DNA from: an uncultured Candidatus Binatia bacterium
GTDB lineage: Bacteria > Desulfobacterota > Binatia > Bin18
Direction of reading: 5' to 3'
NCBI GenBank assembly: GCA_965200965.1
Contig: OZ241744.1
Span: 1,472,001-1,536,000 of the forward strand
Length of the DNA: 64,000 nt
A model generated the notes under the pieces. The model saw only the letters and a program-made list of their open reading frames with translations. It was not told the origin of the DNA and did no database searches. Both the position numbers and the translations under genes were made by a program. How positions within the stretch are numbered: the first letter of the stretch is position 1; each line of letters starts with the position of its first letter. Positions 48,383 through 59,733 of this stretch are shown in pieces.

Positions 48383-49186
48383 ATGACCACCCAAAACGGC
48401 TGCACCGCCCAAGAAATCATGGCCGTGTTTCTGGCCCGTGAGCTGCAAGACGGTGAGCTGCTCCAGGTTGGCGTGGCCATGCCGGTAGCCGAGGCCGCGG
48501 TCCGCCTCGCCCACAGTCTGCACGGCCCGAACATGGAACTGATCTTTCTCGGCACGCGCCTGAATGTCGCCCACCTCGACAGTCTGCCCATGCCGGCCTT
48601 TGGCTGGGACCGGCGGGTCGTGCGTTGGGCCGAATCGTACAGCGACACCGGACACCGCTTTGACCGGCTGAAAGACTGGTACAAGCGGGTCTTTTTTATC
48701 GGCGGGGTGCAGGTTGACCCCCACGGCAACACCAATTTAATCGGCGTTGGGTCTGAGTATACACAGATGCGCTTTCGCGGCCCGGGTTCGGTCGGCACGC
48801 CGACCCTGAGCAGCCACGTTGGCCGCTATTACATTGTGCTCAACTCCCACACGGCCCGCACCTTTGTTGAGCGTTGCGATTATATCAGCACCGTCGGCTG
48901 GGGCTCGGGCGGAGCAGATGCCCGCAAAAAACTGGGCCTTCCCGGCGGGGGTCCCAAGTATTGCATCACACCGCTATGCGTCATGGACTTTACCGAAGAC
49001 GAAAAGCGCATGCGGCTGCGCTCCCTCCACCCGGGCGTGTCGGTCAAGCAGGTCGAGGCCCACACCGGCTTTCCCCTTGTCATCCCCGAGCGGGTTCCCA
49101 CCACCGCACTGCCCACCGCCGAAGAACTGCACATCCTGCGCAGCCGGGTTGACCGGGCCGGAGTCCTGCGCCGAGAAAGGGGCTGA
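48383..49186 (+). CDS. family I CoA-transferase subunit B
   Basis: FFIGGVQVDPHGNTNL, RGPGSVG, ITPLCVMDF, SLHPGV...HTGF. Confidence 0.85.
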   Translation: MTTQNGCTAQEIMAVFLARELQDGELLQVGVAMPVAEAAVRLAHSLHGPNMELIFLGTRLNVAHLDSLPMPAFGWDRRVVRWAESYSDTGHRFDRLKDWYKRVFFIGGVQVDPHGNTNLIGVGSEYTQMRFRGPGSVGTPTLSSHVGRYYIVLNSHTARTFVERCDYISTVGWGSGGADARKKLGLPGGGPKYCITPLCVMDFTEDEKRMRLRSLHPGVSVKQVEAHTGFPLVIPERVPTTALPTAEELHILRSRVDRAGVLRRERG

Positions 49187-49188
49187 AC

Positions 49189-49461
49189 ATGGCCAACCGG
49201 GTGACCAATATGGACCGCAAGCGCGACCGGGCCCAGCGTACCGTTGGCTATGCGTGTACTTTGGCCGATGGCCGGCACATTCAGGTCTGGGTGTCTCAGG
49301 ACGAGCTGGATCTCGAGTTTCACGGCCTGGACCTCAAGAAAGCGTGCCGTCTGGCCGCGGAGCGAGCCTCGGCCCACGACATCGAGACCGGACAGCTGAC
49401 CGTCTCACGCGCCCTGCTCACTGAGGCTGAAGCGCGTGAGTCAGGCAGCGGGCGACGCTAG
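49189..49461 (+). CDS. hypothetical protein
   Basis: 90-aa ORF fitting tightly between co-oriented neighbours (2-3 nt gaps). Confidence 0.55.
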   Translation: MANRVTNMDRKRDRAQRTVGYACTLADGRHIQVWVSQDELDLEFHGLDLKKACRLAAERASAHDIETGQLTVSRALLTEAEARESGSGRR

Positions 49462-49464
49462 CCT

Positions 49465-51510
49465 ATGCCAAACCCCGAGCATGATCCCACCGGGCAGGGT
49501 GCCGAGTTGTCCCGGCTCGAAGCCTGCATCAACGCGGCCGCGGCCTGGTTGTACCAGCACCAGGCTGAGGACGGCTATTGGGTCGGCATGTTGGAGTCCA
49601 ACTGCTGCATGGAGGCCGAGTGGCTGCTGGCCATGCACATTCTGGGCTACGAGCATCCGCGTAAACATAACATCGTCCAAACCCTGCTTAACGCGCAGCG
49701 CCAAGACGGTGCCTGGGAGATTTATTACGAGGCACCGGACGGCGATATCAACACCACCGTTGAGTGCTACGCCGCCCTGCGGGCCAGCGGCCTGGCACCC
49801 GACACCCCGGCCCTGGGCAAAGCCCGCGACTGGATATTGGCCCACGGCGGGTTCGATAGCATCCGCGTGTTTACCCGCTATTGGCTGGCGCTCATCGGCG
49901 AGTGGCCGTGGGACAAAACGCCCTGCCTGCCGCCCGAGGTGATTGCCCTGCCCGGCTGGTTTCCGCTGAGCATCTACAATTTTGCCTGCTGGGCGCGGGC
50001 AACCCTGGTTCCGCTGAGCATTCTGTCGGCCCGCCGCCTGTGTCGGCCCCTGCCGCCCGAGCGGCGCTTGAACGAACTCTTTCCCCTGGGCCGGCAGCGG
50101 GCCTGCACCGCCCTGCCGCGCAAGGCCGGCCTGTTCTCGTGGCAGACGTTTTTCCTGGCCGCCGACACCGCGCTGCGCGCCTACCAAAAGTTCGGCTTCA
50201 CCCCCGGCCGTGAAGCCGCCATTCGCCAGAGTGTGGAATGGATCATCAAACACCAGGACGCCGACGGCGCGTGGGGCGGCATTCAGCCACCGTGGATCTA
50301 CAGTCTGATGGCGCTCTACGCCGAGGGCTATCCGCTCAGTCACCCGGTCCTGGCCGCGGGGCTGGCCGCCCTCGACACCCATTGGTCATATGAGCGGGAC
50401 GGCGGGCTGCACATTCAGGGCTGCGAATCGCCGGTCTGGGACACGCTGCTGTCGAGCCTGGCGCTGATCGACTGCGGCTACCAGTTCCAGCAGTCAGAGC
50501 CGATGCAGACCGCGCTCGACTGGATTCTTGCCCACCAAGTCACTGTCGGGGGCGACTGGCAACACACCCTGCCCGAGGTCACACCCGGCGGCTGGGCGTT
50601 TGAACGGGCCAATACCGCCTACCCCGATATTGATGACACCGCCCTCGCCCTGATCGTTCTGGCCCAGCTGCGCAAACAGTGTCCGGACGACGGGCGTTTC
50701 AGCGCCCCGTTTACCCGGGCCATAGACTGGATACTGGCCATGCAGTCCAGCAATGGCGGCTGGGCCGCGTTTGACCGCGATAACAACACACAGATGCTGA
50801 CCACGATCCCGTTTTGTGATTTCGGGGAGGTCCTTGACCCGCCCAGCGTTGATGTCACCGCCCATGTTGTCGAAGCCTTCGGCCTGCTCGGCTACGACAC
50901 CTCCCAGCCGGCAATGGCCCGCGCACTGGCCTACATCCGCGGCGAGCAAGAACCCGAGGGCAGCTGGTTTGGACGCTGGGGGGTGAACCATATCTACGGC
51001 ACGGCCGCGGTGCTGCCGGCCCTGCGGGCGATCGGCGAAGACATGCGCACCGCCTATGTCCAGCGCGCCGGCCAATGGCTGGCGGCCCATCAAAATGCCG
51101 ACGGCGGCTGGGGCGAGACCTGCGCCTCGTATATGGACGACCGCCTGCGTGGCACAGGGCCGAGCACCGCCTCCCAGACTGCCTGGGCGCTCATGGCCCT
51201 GACAGCCCTGGACGGACGAGATTTTGAGACCGCGATTCGTCGGGGGGCGGACTATCTGGTCCGCACCCAGCGTGGCGGCAGCTGGGACGAGCCCTACTAT
51301 ACCGGCACCGGCTTCCCCGGCTATGTCACCGGCGCGCGGACCGAACTCCAGGTCCAGGAAATGAAAAAACGCTTTGCCCAGGGCACCGAACTCCAGCGCG
51401 GTTTCATGCTTAACTACAACCTGTACCGCCACTATTTCCCGCTCATGGCGCTAGGCCGTGTGCGGGAGTATTTCAGCCGCGCGGCATCCCGCCCGGACGG
51501 CTGGTCGTGA
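49465..51510 (+). CDS. shc: squalene-hopene cyclase
   Basis: YPDIDDTA (DxDD), QW repeats (QAEDGYW, QDADGAWGG, QSSNGGW, QEPEGSW, QNADGGWGE), GRWGVNHIYG, YFPLMALG. Confidence 0.96.
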   Translation: MPNPEHDPTGQGAELSRLEACINAAAAWLYQHQAEDGYWVGMLESNCCMEAEWLLAMHILGYEHPRKHNIVQTLLNAQRQDGAWEIYYEAPDGDINTTVECYAALRASGLAPDTPALGKARDWILAHGGFDSIRVFTRYWLALIGEWPWDKTPCLPPEVIALPGWFPLSIYNFACWARATLVPLSILSARRLCRPLPPERRLNELFPLGRQRACTALPRKAGLFSWQTFFLAADTALRAYQKFGFTPGREAAIRQSVEWIIKHQDADGAWGGIQPPWIYSLMALYAEGYPLSHPVLAAGLAALDTHWSYERDGGLHIQGCESPVWDTLLSSLALIDCGYQFQQSEPMQTALDWILAHQVTVGGDWQHTLPEVTPGGWAFERANTAYPDIDDTALALIVLAQLRKQCPDDGRFSAPFTRAIDWILAMQSSNGGWAAFDRDNNTQMLTTIPFCDFGEVLDPPSVDVTAHVVEAFGLLGYDTSQPAMARALAYIRGEQEPEGSWFGRWGVNHIYGTAAVLPALRAIGEDMRTAYVQRAGQWLAAHQNADGGWGETCASYMDDRLRGTGPSTASQTAWALMALTALDGRDFETAIRRGADYLVRTQRGGSWDEPYYTGTGFPGYVTGARTELQVQEMKKRFAQGTELQRGFMLNYNLYRHYFPLMALGRVREYFSRAASRPDGWS

Positions 51511-51529
51511 AAGTTTTTGAGGCTTAGGG

Positions 51530-52999
51530 TTATTCTTCAACGGGGAATCCCGCTGATTTCATATCCCTCTGCAAGGAATACAAGTTTGACGCCTGAAAAA
51601 TATGAGGGCCAAAAGCGGATGCTCCTAGGCCGTCAAGCATGTAGAGTTTTAGGAGCCATACCGTAAAGCGGTAAATTCTGTGTATTGATGCAAGGTAGTC
51701 CCCTCCCAGTTTTCCGTGCATAGAGTCATTTCTGGTCTTAACCATGTCAAGGATAAAATTTGCCAGATCGTCATCACTTGGCGTATAGCCTATTGTGCGC
51801 ATGGCCTTTTGGGTAATCAAGCAGTACGGGAAATCAAAGTTGCTCATCTTCGGCTTTTCTCCCCCCTTTTCCTTGCGTTTTTCACACAAAAGGGCCTTCA
51901 GTCGTTGCCAATCCGAGTTGCTGTAGTTAAGTTCGTTTCTAATCGGCAATAGTTTATATGCCCCTTCCAACATGGGGGCCAACGTGTTGAACGCTGCTGC
52001 AGAATATTTTGGGCGCTCGTCAAAAAGAAGGTCGTAAAAACGAACAAGTTCGGTTCGCCCAAACTTGTCATAAAAGCTCCACCATTTGACTAAGACTTCT
52101 TTCAAATCTATGTTGGCCTTTTGAAGATCATGATAGCTGAATAGCATAGAAGCACTTCTAGATCTTTCCGAATGAGATTCATATAATTCATGCGGAGAGC
52201 AAACAAGAACATCCGTTTTTCTATCGCATATCTCCGGGCTGTGGACTTTACATTCCGACACCGGGGAGGCGTGATTCATGGCGAACTGAAAAAATCGCTG
52301 GACCTTTTTCATATCCTCCATAGCTGAGTTCAGTAGACGGGGCTTATCATATTCCAACCTTACCCATGTCCTTTGCTCCAACATGTCAAAGTCAAGGCGG
52401 ATGTCAAAGGTTATGCTCACCCTCGGCCCATCGGGCAATTCTACCTGTATATTTTCCGGTCGTTTATAGTTGACCTCTCCCGATTCGTACCACTGCTTAA
52501 AATCCATTCTGCCGGTATTGGGATCGGTGAAGAAACCATTGCCATGACCTCGCAGCCACTCTGATAAATTGGCTATAGAAAAAACTAACTTATCGCAGTG
52601 ATACTCTTCCGGGAGTTCGACAGGGCCGTCAGGCATAAATACCAAAGCGATGTCGGCGGTAATTGTCCAATCAGTAAAGTTTGGAGAATAACTAGACGAC
52701 ATTCCCCTTGGGTCCGGCATAACGATCATTCTTGGACCGCTCCAATCATGCGTTTCCCCCTTACCTACTCCGATAAGTATTTCTTGGCCAAGCTCGCTAC
52801 GGTCATCCCATTCTGGCCTCATAAGCCACGATGGGTTCGCTAGGGTCCATGCCTTAATAATCGGTGCTCCATCAGACCCCACTTCAAAAACCCCTGGAAA
52901 CCCTTTTTTTTGCAACTGGTGCAGACCGTCCGACAAGTGCTTTTCAATTTCTTCCCTTGTTGCGGTGTAAAAGAATCCCCGCAGGACTGGCTTTTCCAT
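51530..52999 (-). CDS. ApeA-like HEPN domain protein (putative anti-phage RNase)
   Basis: AT-rich relative to flanks; C-terminal RNDSMH (Rx4H); ApeA-like central segment MLFSYHDL...VLVKWW. Confidence 0.6.
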   Translation of the reverse strand: MEKPVLRGFFYTATREEIEKHLSDGLHQLQKKGFPGVFEVGSDGAPIIKAWTLANPSWLMRPEWDDRSELGQEILIGVGKGETHDWSGPRMIVMPDPRGMSSSYSPNFTDWTITADIALVFMPDGPVELPEEYHCDKLVFSIANLSEWLRGHGNGFFTDPNTGRMDFKQWYESGEVNYKRPENIQVELPDGPRVSITFDIRLDFDMLEQRTWVRLEYDKPRLLNSAMEDMKKVQRFFQFAMNHASPVSECKVHSPEICDRKTDVLVCSPHELYESHSERSRSASMLFSYHDLQKANIDLKEVLVKWWSFYDKFGRTELVRFYDLLFDERPKYSAAAFNTLAPMLEGAYKLLPIRNELNYSNSDWQRLKALLCEKRKEKGGEKPKMSNFDFPYCLITQKAMRTIGYTPSDDDLANFILDMVKTRNDSMHGKLGGDYLASIHRIYRFTVWLLKLYMLDGLGASAFGPHIFQASNLYSLQRDMKSAGFPVEE

Positions 53000-53011
53000 C
53001 TTCCTCTCTCC

Positions 53012-53557
53012 CTATTGTGGAGGCTTCTGACCGATCCGATGGGCCGATGTTATATCTTTGACTTTTCGAGCGACAGCAGGGTCAAAAGGAATCCCAAGGT
53101 GGGCCATCTCCTTTCTGACGCGATCTGTTTGCTGCTCGGTGAGCAACTTGACCGGCGCTCGAACGAGTCCCTCCCACATGTTCACATAGTTGACAGAGTT
53201 GTCCGAGGCGACACGCTGGAACAGCCCGTCCTGATCAAAGTGGAACGCTGTCACAGTATTGTCGTAATTGCCCCCACCCGCGAGCAGACCAACGAAAGGA
53301 ACGAATGTGGCCCCATGCATCGTCCACTTGGTGTAGTAGTAAATCCATGTGGACTCATCACCCGTGTACACGACATCGTGTGGCTGCCCAAAGTGTGTGT
53401 GGACTCCGCGTTTGGTCGTGATACTTTGCTGAAGCTGCATGTACCGGCCAACATCGGTCAGGTGAGGATTTCCAAGCTGCGCGGAGCAACCGGAGAACAA
53501 CACCACACTGACCGCAATGACTGTGGCAGCCATCCAGGTGGATTTGTATTTTTTCAT
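53012..53557 (-). CDS. lipoprotein, BamE/SmpA-like fold
   Basis: Lipobox FSGC, FGQP, WIYYY, FVPFVGLLAGG, FDQDG. Confidence 0.65.
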   Translation of the reverse strand: MKKYKSTWMAATVIAVSVVLFSGCSAQLGNPHLTDVGRYMQLQQSITTKRGVHTHFGQPHDVVYTGDESTWIYYYTKWTMHGATFVPFVGLLAGGGNYDNTVTAFHFDQDGLFQRVASDNSVNYVNMWEGLVRAPVKLLTEQQTDRVRKEMAHLGIPFDPAVARKVKDITSAHRIGQKPPQ

Positions 53558-53594
53558 CTAGGTCTCTTTTCAGTACTCCCATCTAGCACGACGC

Positions 53595-53984
53595 CTAATT
53601 CAGGTCAAGCGCGTACTCGCGCAGGAGTTCCAGCGGGACAATCTCCAGGGCGCGCTGGTGGGTGCGGGTCAGATAGACCCGGGGGGCCGTGCCGTGCTGG
53701 TAGGCTTCGAGCCAGCGGGCGGCGCACAGACACCAGCAGTCGCCCGGTTTGACGCCCGGGAAGCTGAACTCGGGCCGGGGCGTTGACAGGTCATTGCCGC
53801 GCTGGCGGGAGAAGTCCAGAAACTCCCGGCTGGCCTCAACGCAGACGGTGTGCGAGCCGCGGTCCTGACCGCTGGTGTTGCAACAGCCATCGCGGAAGAA
53901 GCCGGTCAGCGGCCGCTCGCTGCACGGTGTGAGCGGCTCGCCAAACACGTTGACCGAGTCGTCCATCTTCTGGGTTTCCATCAT
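53595..53984 (-). CDS. DUF2237 family protein
   Basis: NVFGEPL, TGFFRDGCC, HTVC, GNDLSTP, PGDCWCLCAARW. Confidence 0.9.
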   Translation of the reverse strand: MMETQKMDDSVNVFGEPLTPCSERPLTGFFRDGCCNTSGQDRGSHTVCVEASREFLDFSRQRGNDLSTPRPEFSFPGVKPGDCWCLCAARWLEAYQHGTAPRVYLTRTHQRALEIVPLELLREYALDLN

Positions 53985-54002
53985 GCACTATCCTCCTGTG
54001 GC

Positions 54003-54473
54003 TTATTCGGCCCGTTCAGGGACGTCTCCCGGTTGCGCTTGGGCCTGTGCAGGGGCGCACGCGCCAAGATGCCGACCAACCGCCCGTATGGTCTGTGAAA
54101 AGTCCTTACGCTCAAACCGCATGCGGCTGGTCATGGTCGTCCCGGTCACGCTGTACTCCAGGGTCCCGCTCAGTGGATGCACCCCTTCTCCACTGCCGCA
54201 GCTCAGCCGAGCGGTGAGTTTGCCGCCCTCCTGCTTGAGGTCGTGCAGCTCACAGCCCTCGTCTTTCACAAAGTCCTCAAACGGGGCGACCTCGGGCTCG
54301 TCAACACATTTGGTCTGGGTGGTAAATCTCGGCTGGGGCAGGGAGGGTGACGAGATGGTGGTGGTGATATGCCATTTGCCGACCCTGACCGGCAAGGTCT
54401 GCGCCCCGCCGGCTTGGCCGACAAGCAGGACAAGGCCGCAACTCAGGCAAAAAAGGTGACGGGGCTGCATCAT
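54003..54473 (-). CDS. DUF3617-like exported protein
   Basis: Signal peptide, GKWHITTT, four spaced Cys, terminal GRHLGAC. Confidence 0.65.
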   Translation of the reverse strand: MMQPRHLFCLSCGLVLLVGQAGGAQTLPVRVGKWHITTTISSPSLPQPRFTTQTKCVDEPEVAPFEDFVKDEGCELHDLKQEGGKLTARLSCGSGEGVHPLSGTLEYSVTGTTMTSRMRFERKDFSQTIRAVGRHLGACAPAQAQAQPGDVPERAE

Positions 54474-54493
54474 TTAAGAAGCCTCCTGTAGCT

Positions 54494-56875
54494 CTACGGC
54501 CCGACCGACGGGCCGGCCGCGCTGTTGTGGGCCGCGGCCACCCGGACGGTGGCAAAACGCGGCTTGAGCAGGGACACCATGGCAGGAATAAAGACGAGAG
54601 CACCGACAATGTGCAAAAACAGCACCAGGGCCAGCAGAAACGCCATCTCGGCCTGAAACTTCATCGGAAAGAACAACCAGAAGATGACGCTGGCCGTCAG
54701 CGTTGTGCCGGTAAACAGAATCGCGCGGCCGGTCGTCATCAGGGCATGTTCAATCGCCTGATCCATGTCGCCGAAGTTTGCGCATTCCTCGGTAATCCGG
54801 GACAGGACATAATAACCATAGTCAATCCCAATCCCAATCCCAATGGCGGCCACCGGCAGGGAGTTGACGTTCATATCAATGCGCGACCAGGACATAATGG
54901 CTTCGGTCAGCGGCTGGGCGATAATAGACGGAATCATCACGATCAGCGCCCCGGTCAGAGACCGATAGGTCAACAGGCTCAACACAAATACGGTGGCCAG
55001 GACCAGACTGAGATTGACCCGGTAGGACCAGGCGACCTCTTCGTTGATGGCGGCCAGAATGCCAAACAGCCCACCGGCCAGACGAAACTCAAGGGCTTCG
55101 ATGGGGTTGTTGGCAATATACTCCCTGGCCCGCCTCAGCGCCTGCATGACCGTGTCGTGTTGATAGTCCTGAAAAAAGATGGTGACGGTGGCGTTCTGGA
55201 GGTCTTTATCCACAAAACGCTCCAGGGCCGGTGCGCCGGCCGACATCAGGAAATAGGCAAACATATTGCCGATATCGACCGACTTTTTGGGCAGAATCGC
55301 CCACTTGGGAATCCCCTCCTCAAAGCGCTGGTATATCTGGCGGATGATGTCCGCCCCGCTGACGCTCCCGCCGGCCAGCGCGTTGTTGCGCTCCATATGA
55401 CGCTGAAAGCGCTCCAGAGCGTGCAGGGCCTCGGCCGTGCGAAACGTCCCCGGCTTGGCCCCTTCGGCGAGCACCACCAGCTGCGAGATGCCGGCAAACT
55501 CCCTGGCAATAATCCGGTCGTAAGCCACATTGTACGGATGGTCGGCATAAAACAGGGCTTTGCCAAACGACACATCACCAATTTTGATCTGCGCCGCAAA
55601 ATAGATGCCGACAATCAGGGCCAAGCCAAAACTGGTTGCCGTCGCATACCGGGCCGCACCCCGACTGACCCGGACTAAGCCGCGGTTTATCCCGGTATAG
55701 ACCCTGTCCGACAGGCGTTGACCAGCCCTGGGGTCATGGCGGGGCGGCGGCAGGAAGCTCAGCAGGATGGGGTGGAGGGTCACGACGCTGATGGCAATGG
55801 TAAAAATCCAGAAACTGGACAAAAAGGCCATCTTCTGGATCAGCGGAATGCGTGCCACCGCCAGGCTCAGAATGGCCAGCCCGTCCGAGGCGATCGAGAC
55901 TAGGGCGGGCGAGAAAAGCCCGAGGTAGGACTGCAAGATAGCGGCGTCTTTGTTGCCCAGGCGGGCGTACTCCTCGTGATAGCGCTCCATTGACTGGACC
56001 GAGTGGGACAGGGCGCGAGCGGTAATGAGCAAAAAGACCACAATCATCAGCAGGTCAATGCTGAAGCCCAGCGCGCCGGCAAAGCCCAGCGCCCAGACCG
56101 TGCTGAGTGTCCCGGAAAAGAGCGGAATCCAGACGCCGTGAATCGTCCGAAAGTAGAACCACAGCAGGGCCGTGATCGACAGCACGGTCAGCAGCGTAAT
56201 CCCGATAACCCACGGCTGGTACTGAAAGACCCAGCAGAACAGGGCCGGAAAGCCGGTCATATGGATGGTGTGCCAAGCGTCAGTCTGCTCGGCCTGGAGG
56301 CGGAACAGGTGCTCCTTCATCCGTCCAAAATCAAGCCCCGACTCCCAGAACGCGGCCGTAATCAGGGCCATCTGGCTATCGTGGGAGACATACACCCCAA
56401 GAATACCGTCGTTGGTATAGACCGCCTTCTTGATCCGCTTGGCCTCGGCCTCGGTTTCGGGTGGTCCGGGGAAGAACAACGGCAGGGCCTGGATGCCGGC
56501 GCTCGATATCTCGATATTGCGCATCTTGGGATGGGAGATGGACAGCACCTGCCAGCCGTTGACCCCGGGCGTCTCCAACAACGCAATAGTCAGCCGGTTG
56601 ATCTTACGGAGGGTTTCGACACTGAAAATATCGCCCTGTTTGACCTCAACCGCCATGACCAGGACATTGGCCGAGCCGAACATCCGGGCGTGTTTTTTGA
56701 CCAGCTGCATATAGGGGTGCCCGGGCGGGTAAAAATCCAGGAAGTTCATCTGAATCCTGGTGTGGGTCAGCTGGTAGACAAAAAATGCCGTCAGCACGAC
56801 CCCCAGGCCGAGCACGACCCAGCGCTTGCGCAACAGAAAGCCGATATAGGCTTCCATCCAGCGACGGGGTAACAT
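54494..56875 (-). CDS. MMPL/RND family transporter
   Basis: Duplicated TM-periplasm-TM architecture; ARALSHSVQ..RY, GIGIGIDYG, TTGRAILFTG. Confidence 0.88.
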   Translation of the reverse strand: MLPRRWMEAYIGFLLRKRWVVLGLGVVLTAFFVYQLTHTRIQMNFLDFYPPGHPYMQLVKKHARMFGSANVLVMAVEVKQGDIFSVETLRKINRLTIALLETPGVNGWQVLSISHPKMRNIEISSAGIQALPLFFPGPPETEAEAKRIKKAVYTNDGILGVYVSHDSQMALITAAFWESGLDFGRMKEHLFRLQAEQTDAWHTIHMTGFPALFCWVFQYQPWVIGITLLTVLSITALLWFYFRTIHGVWIPLFSGTLSTVWALGFAGALGFSIDLLMIVVFLLITARALSHSVQSMERYHEEYARLGNKDAAILQSYLGLFSPALVSIASDGLAILSLAVARIPLIQKMAFLSSFWIFTIAISVVTLHPILLSFLPPPRHDPRAGQRLSDRVYTGINRGLVRVSRGAARYATATSFGLALIVGIYFAAQIKIGDVSFGKALFYADHPYNVAYDRIIAREFAGISQLVVLAEGAKPGTFRTAEALHALERFQRHMERNNALAGGSVSGADIIRQIYQRFEEGIPKWAILPKKSVDIGNMFAYFLMSAGAPALERFVDKDLQNATVTIFFQDYQHDTVMQALRRAREYIANNPIEALEFRLAGGLFGILAAINEEVAWSYRVNLSLVLATVFVLSLLTYRSLTGALIVMIPSIIAQPLTEAIMSWSRIDMNVNSLPVAAIGIGIGIDYGYYVLSRITEECANFGDMDQAIEHALMTTGRAILFTGTTLTASVIFWLFFPMKFQAEMAFLLALVLFLHIVGALVFIPAMVSLLKPRFATVRVAAAHNSAAGPSVGP

Positions 56876-56989
56876 CGCCCTACAACCCTCCTCCCGGCAA
56901 AGACTGCTAGGCTAAGGGGGTGTCTGTGAGCTGTCAAGACTCGGCTTTCCCCATTGACGCCACGGGCGATTTATTGAAGATGTAGCCTC

Positions 56990-59725
56990 GTGTTACCCGC
57001 TCTCCTGCCCACGCTCATCGTCCTGCCCCTGCTGGGCGCGCTCGTCCCGCTGCCGGCGCGTTTCCACCGGGCGGCAGCCCCGCTATTCTCCCTTCTTCCC
57101 GCTGCTCAACTCTGCATCGTTCTGATCCTGTGGTCTGAGGTCCAGCGGGGCGCAACGGTGCAGCTCTCCTGGCCGTGGCTGCCGCCGCTCGGCCTGCGGC
57201 TGAGTTTTCAATTGGACGGCCTGAGCTGGCTGTTCAGCAGCCTGATCTCGGGCGTCGGGGTGCTGGTATTTGTCTATGCCGGCTCGTACCTGCGAGACGA
57301 CCCCCATCTCACCCGTCTGTACCGTTTGTTGCTGCTGTTCAACAGCGCCATGATGGGCGTGGTGCTGGCCGACAACCTGGTCGTTCTGCTGGTGTTCTGG
57401 GAGCTGACCAGTGTGGCCTCGTTTCTGCTGATTGGTTTCCGCTCTGAGCGCCCCGCGGCGTGTGAAGGGGCGACCAAGGCCCTGGGCCTGACCGCCAGCG
57501 GGGGCTTGGTTCTGCTGTTCGGAATCTTGCTGGTCTTTGCCGAGACCGGCAGCCTGGAGTTGTCGCGCCTGCTGGCCGATCCGACCCCGGTATCCAGCGC
57601 AGTCGGGGTCTGTTTTCTGCTCGCGGCGTTTACCAAGTCGGCCCAGTTTCCGTTTCACATCTGGCTGCCCTCGGCTATGGAAGCCCCTACCCCGGTGAGC
57701 GCCTATCTGCACGCCGCCACAATGGTCAAGGCCGGGCTGTACCTGATGGCGCGCGTCTCTCCGCTGTTCGCCACCGACCCGGTCTGGTCGGCGGCCGGCA
57801 TCAGCGTCGGAAGCCTGACCCTGGTCTGGGGCGGAGCGCTGGCGTGCAAGCAGACCGACCTGAAAGCCCTGCTGGCGTATTCAACGGTCAGCCAGTTGGG
57901 GATGATTGTGCTCTTGATCGGGATTGGGACGCGGCTGGCCCTGCTGGCCGCAACGCTGCACCTCGTCAACCACGCGGCCTTCAAAGGTGCCTTATTTTTG
58001 ACTGCCGGAGCGGTTGAGCACGAAGCCGGCACACGGGATATCCGCCGGCTGGGCAGCCAGCGCGGGGAGATGCCGCTGATTGCCGGGGCGGCAGCCCTGG
58101 CCTGTTTGTCAATGGCCGGTCTGCCTCCGCTCGGCGGCTTTATCAGCAAAGAGTTGTTCTACGAGTCGGTCCTGACGGTTGGACCGGTGCTGAGCAGTGT
58201 AGCTGTAGCGGCCAGTTGTCTCACCTTCCTGTATTCGGCCCTGCTGTGTTATGGGACATTTTTTGCCGCGCCGCTGCCCGCCAGCCACACCCCAGGCACG
58301 CACCGCCTCGATCACACGCCGCTCGGCATAGCCCTGCCCATCTTCACCCTCAGCGCTCTCGCCCTGGCCTCCGGGCTGCTGCCGGGTCTGGCCGAGGCCG
58401 TCATCACGCCAGCCCTCGGGGCGATTGCCGGGCCTGCTCCGTCTCCCCATCTTGGCCTGTGGCACGGGCTGACCCCGCCGCTTGCGCTGAGCCTCACCAG
58501 CCTCGGTGTCGGGCTAGGTTTGTTCCTGTTGCGCCGAGCGTTTATCCCCGCGCTCCAAACCCGCCAGGCCGCGTATTCGCTCAACCGTCTGTACATCGCT
58601 AGCCTCACCGCGCTGAGCGCCTTGTTCACCTGGCATCGTCGGCTGTATATGACCGGGCGTCTCAGCGACTATGTTTGCTATGTGCTGCTAGCCCTCATCC
58701 TGGGCCTCAGCCTGCCGATGTGGCAGTTTTTTGCCACAACGCCACTGCAAACCGATGTGGCGGCATCAAGCTCGCACGAAATTGGGCTGGCCCTGCTGAC
58801 CGCGGTGGCTGGCCTAGCCTGCTGTGTATTTCGCTCGCGGCTGGCCATCATCCTGGCCCTGGGCTTGGTCGGCTCCCTGGTCTCCATCTTTTTTGTGCTG
58901 TTCAGCGCACCGGATTTAGCCCTGACCCAGATTCTGGTTGAGGCGGTCGGGCTGGTCCTGTTTCTGCTGGTGCTGCGGTTTTTCTCTCCGCTTGACACCG
59001 ACCGGCCGGCTGTTGGTCGGCGGCTGCTGCACCTCAGCCTGAGCATCGGCACCGGGGTGTTGGTGGCCCTGCTGCTCCTGGCCGCCAACATCGGCCAGTT
59101 TGGGCCGTCCGAGTTGGCCCCGTATTTCCTGGACAACAGCTATGAGTTGGCCGGGGGAAAGAATGTGGTCAATGTTATTCTGGTCGATTTCCGGGGCTTT
59201 GACACTATGGGAGAAATCACTGTCTTTGCCGTTGCCGCGCTGGCGGTGTTTGCCATGATCGGGCTGGGCGACCGCGGCCAAGAGCCGCTGAGCAACACGA
59301 GCCGGGTCAGCTTTCGTTCCCCGATTCTGCCGTCTTTTGCCCGCCTGACCCTCCACCTCCTGCTGCTGTTCGCCATCCATCTGCTGCTGCGCGGCCACAA
59401 CGCGCCGGGCGGCGGCTTTATTGCCGGGGTGCTGACCGCGGGAGCGCTTACCTTTCAGATGATGGCCTTTGACGCCGAAGCGTTCCGCGCCGAGGGACCG
59501 CTCAATCCCCTGTGGATGGTGAGTCTGGGCCTGCTGCTGGCCGCCCTCACCGGGCTGGGCGCGGTGGTCTTGGGCCAGCCGTTTTTGACCAGCGCCTTCG
59601 GCCACATCTCTGTGCCCCTGCTGGGCGAGGTCGAACTGGTCACCTCAATGGGCTTTGATATCGGCGTGTACTTGGTCGTTGTCGGCACAACCATCGGGAT
59701 CATTCATAGCGTGGCCGAGGCATAG
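56990..59725 (+). CDS. mrpA: Mrp Na+/H+ antiporter subunit A fused to B
   Basis: [64 protein letters not shown] (MrpB part). Confidence 0.95.
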   Translation: MLPALLPTLIVLPLLGALVPLPARFHRAAAPLFSLLPAAQLCIVLILWSEVQRGATVQLSWPWLPPLGLRLSFQLDGLSWLFSSLISGVGVLVFVYAGSYLRDDPHLTRLYRLLLLFNSAMMGVVLADNLVVLLVFWELTSVASFLLIGFRSERPAACEGATKALGLTASGGLVLLFGILLVFAETGSLELSRLLADPTPVSSAVGVCFLLAAFTKSAQFPFHIWLPSAMEAPTPVSAYLHAATMVKAGLYLMARVSPLFATDPVWSAAGISVGSLTLVWGGALACKQTDLKALLAYSTVSQLGMIVLLIGIGTRLALLAATLHLVNHAAFKGALFLTAGAVEHEAGTRDIRRLGSQRGEMPLIAGAAALACLSMAGLPPLGGFISKELFYESVLTVGPVLSSVAVAASCLTFLYSALLCYGTFFAAPLPASHTPGTHRLDHTPLGIALPIFTLSALALASGLLPGLAEAVITPALGAIAGPAPSPHLGLWHGLTPPLALSLTSLGVGLGLFLLRRAFIPALQTRQAAYSLNRLYIASLTALSALFTWHRRLYMTGRLSDYVCYVLLALILGLSLPMWQFFATTPLQTDVAASSSHEIGLALLTAVAGLACCVFRSRLAIILALGLVGSLVSIFFVLFSAPDLALTQILVEAVGLVLFLLVLRFFSPLDTDRPAVGRRLLHLSLSIGTGVLVALLLLAANIGQFGPSELAPYFLDNSYELAGGKNVVNVILVDFRGFDTMGEITVFAVAALAVFAMIGLGDRGQEPLSNTSRVSFRSPILPSFARLTLHLLLLFAIHLLLRGHNAPGGGFIAGVLTAGALTFQMMAFDAEAFRAEGPLNPLWMVSLGLLLAALTGLGAVVLGQPFLTSAFGHISVPLLGEVELVTSMGFDIGVYLVVVGTTIGIIHSVAEA

Positions 59726-59733
59726 GGGAGCGG

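Noticed and set aside
54494-56875. MMPL transporter as hopanoid transporter HpnN
   Set aside because: Separated from shc by unrelated genes, no other hpn genes nearby, and no HpnN-specific feature recognised.
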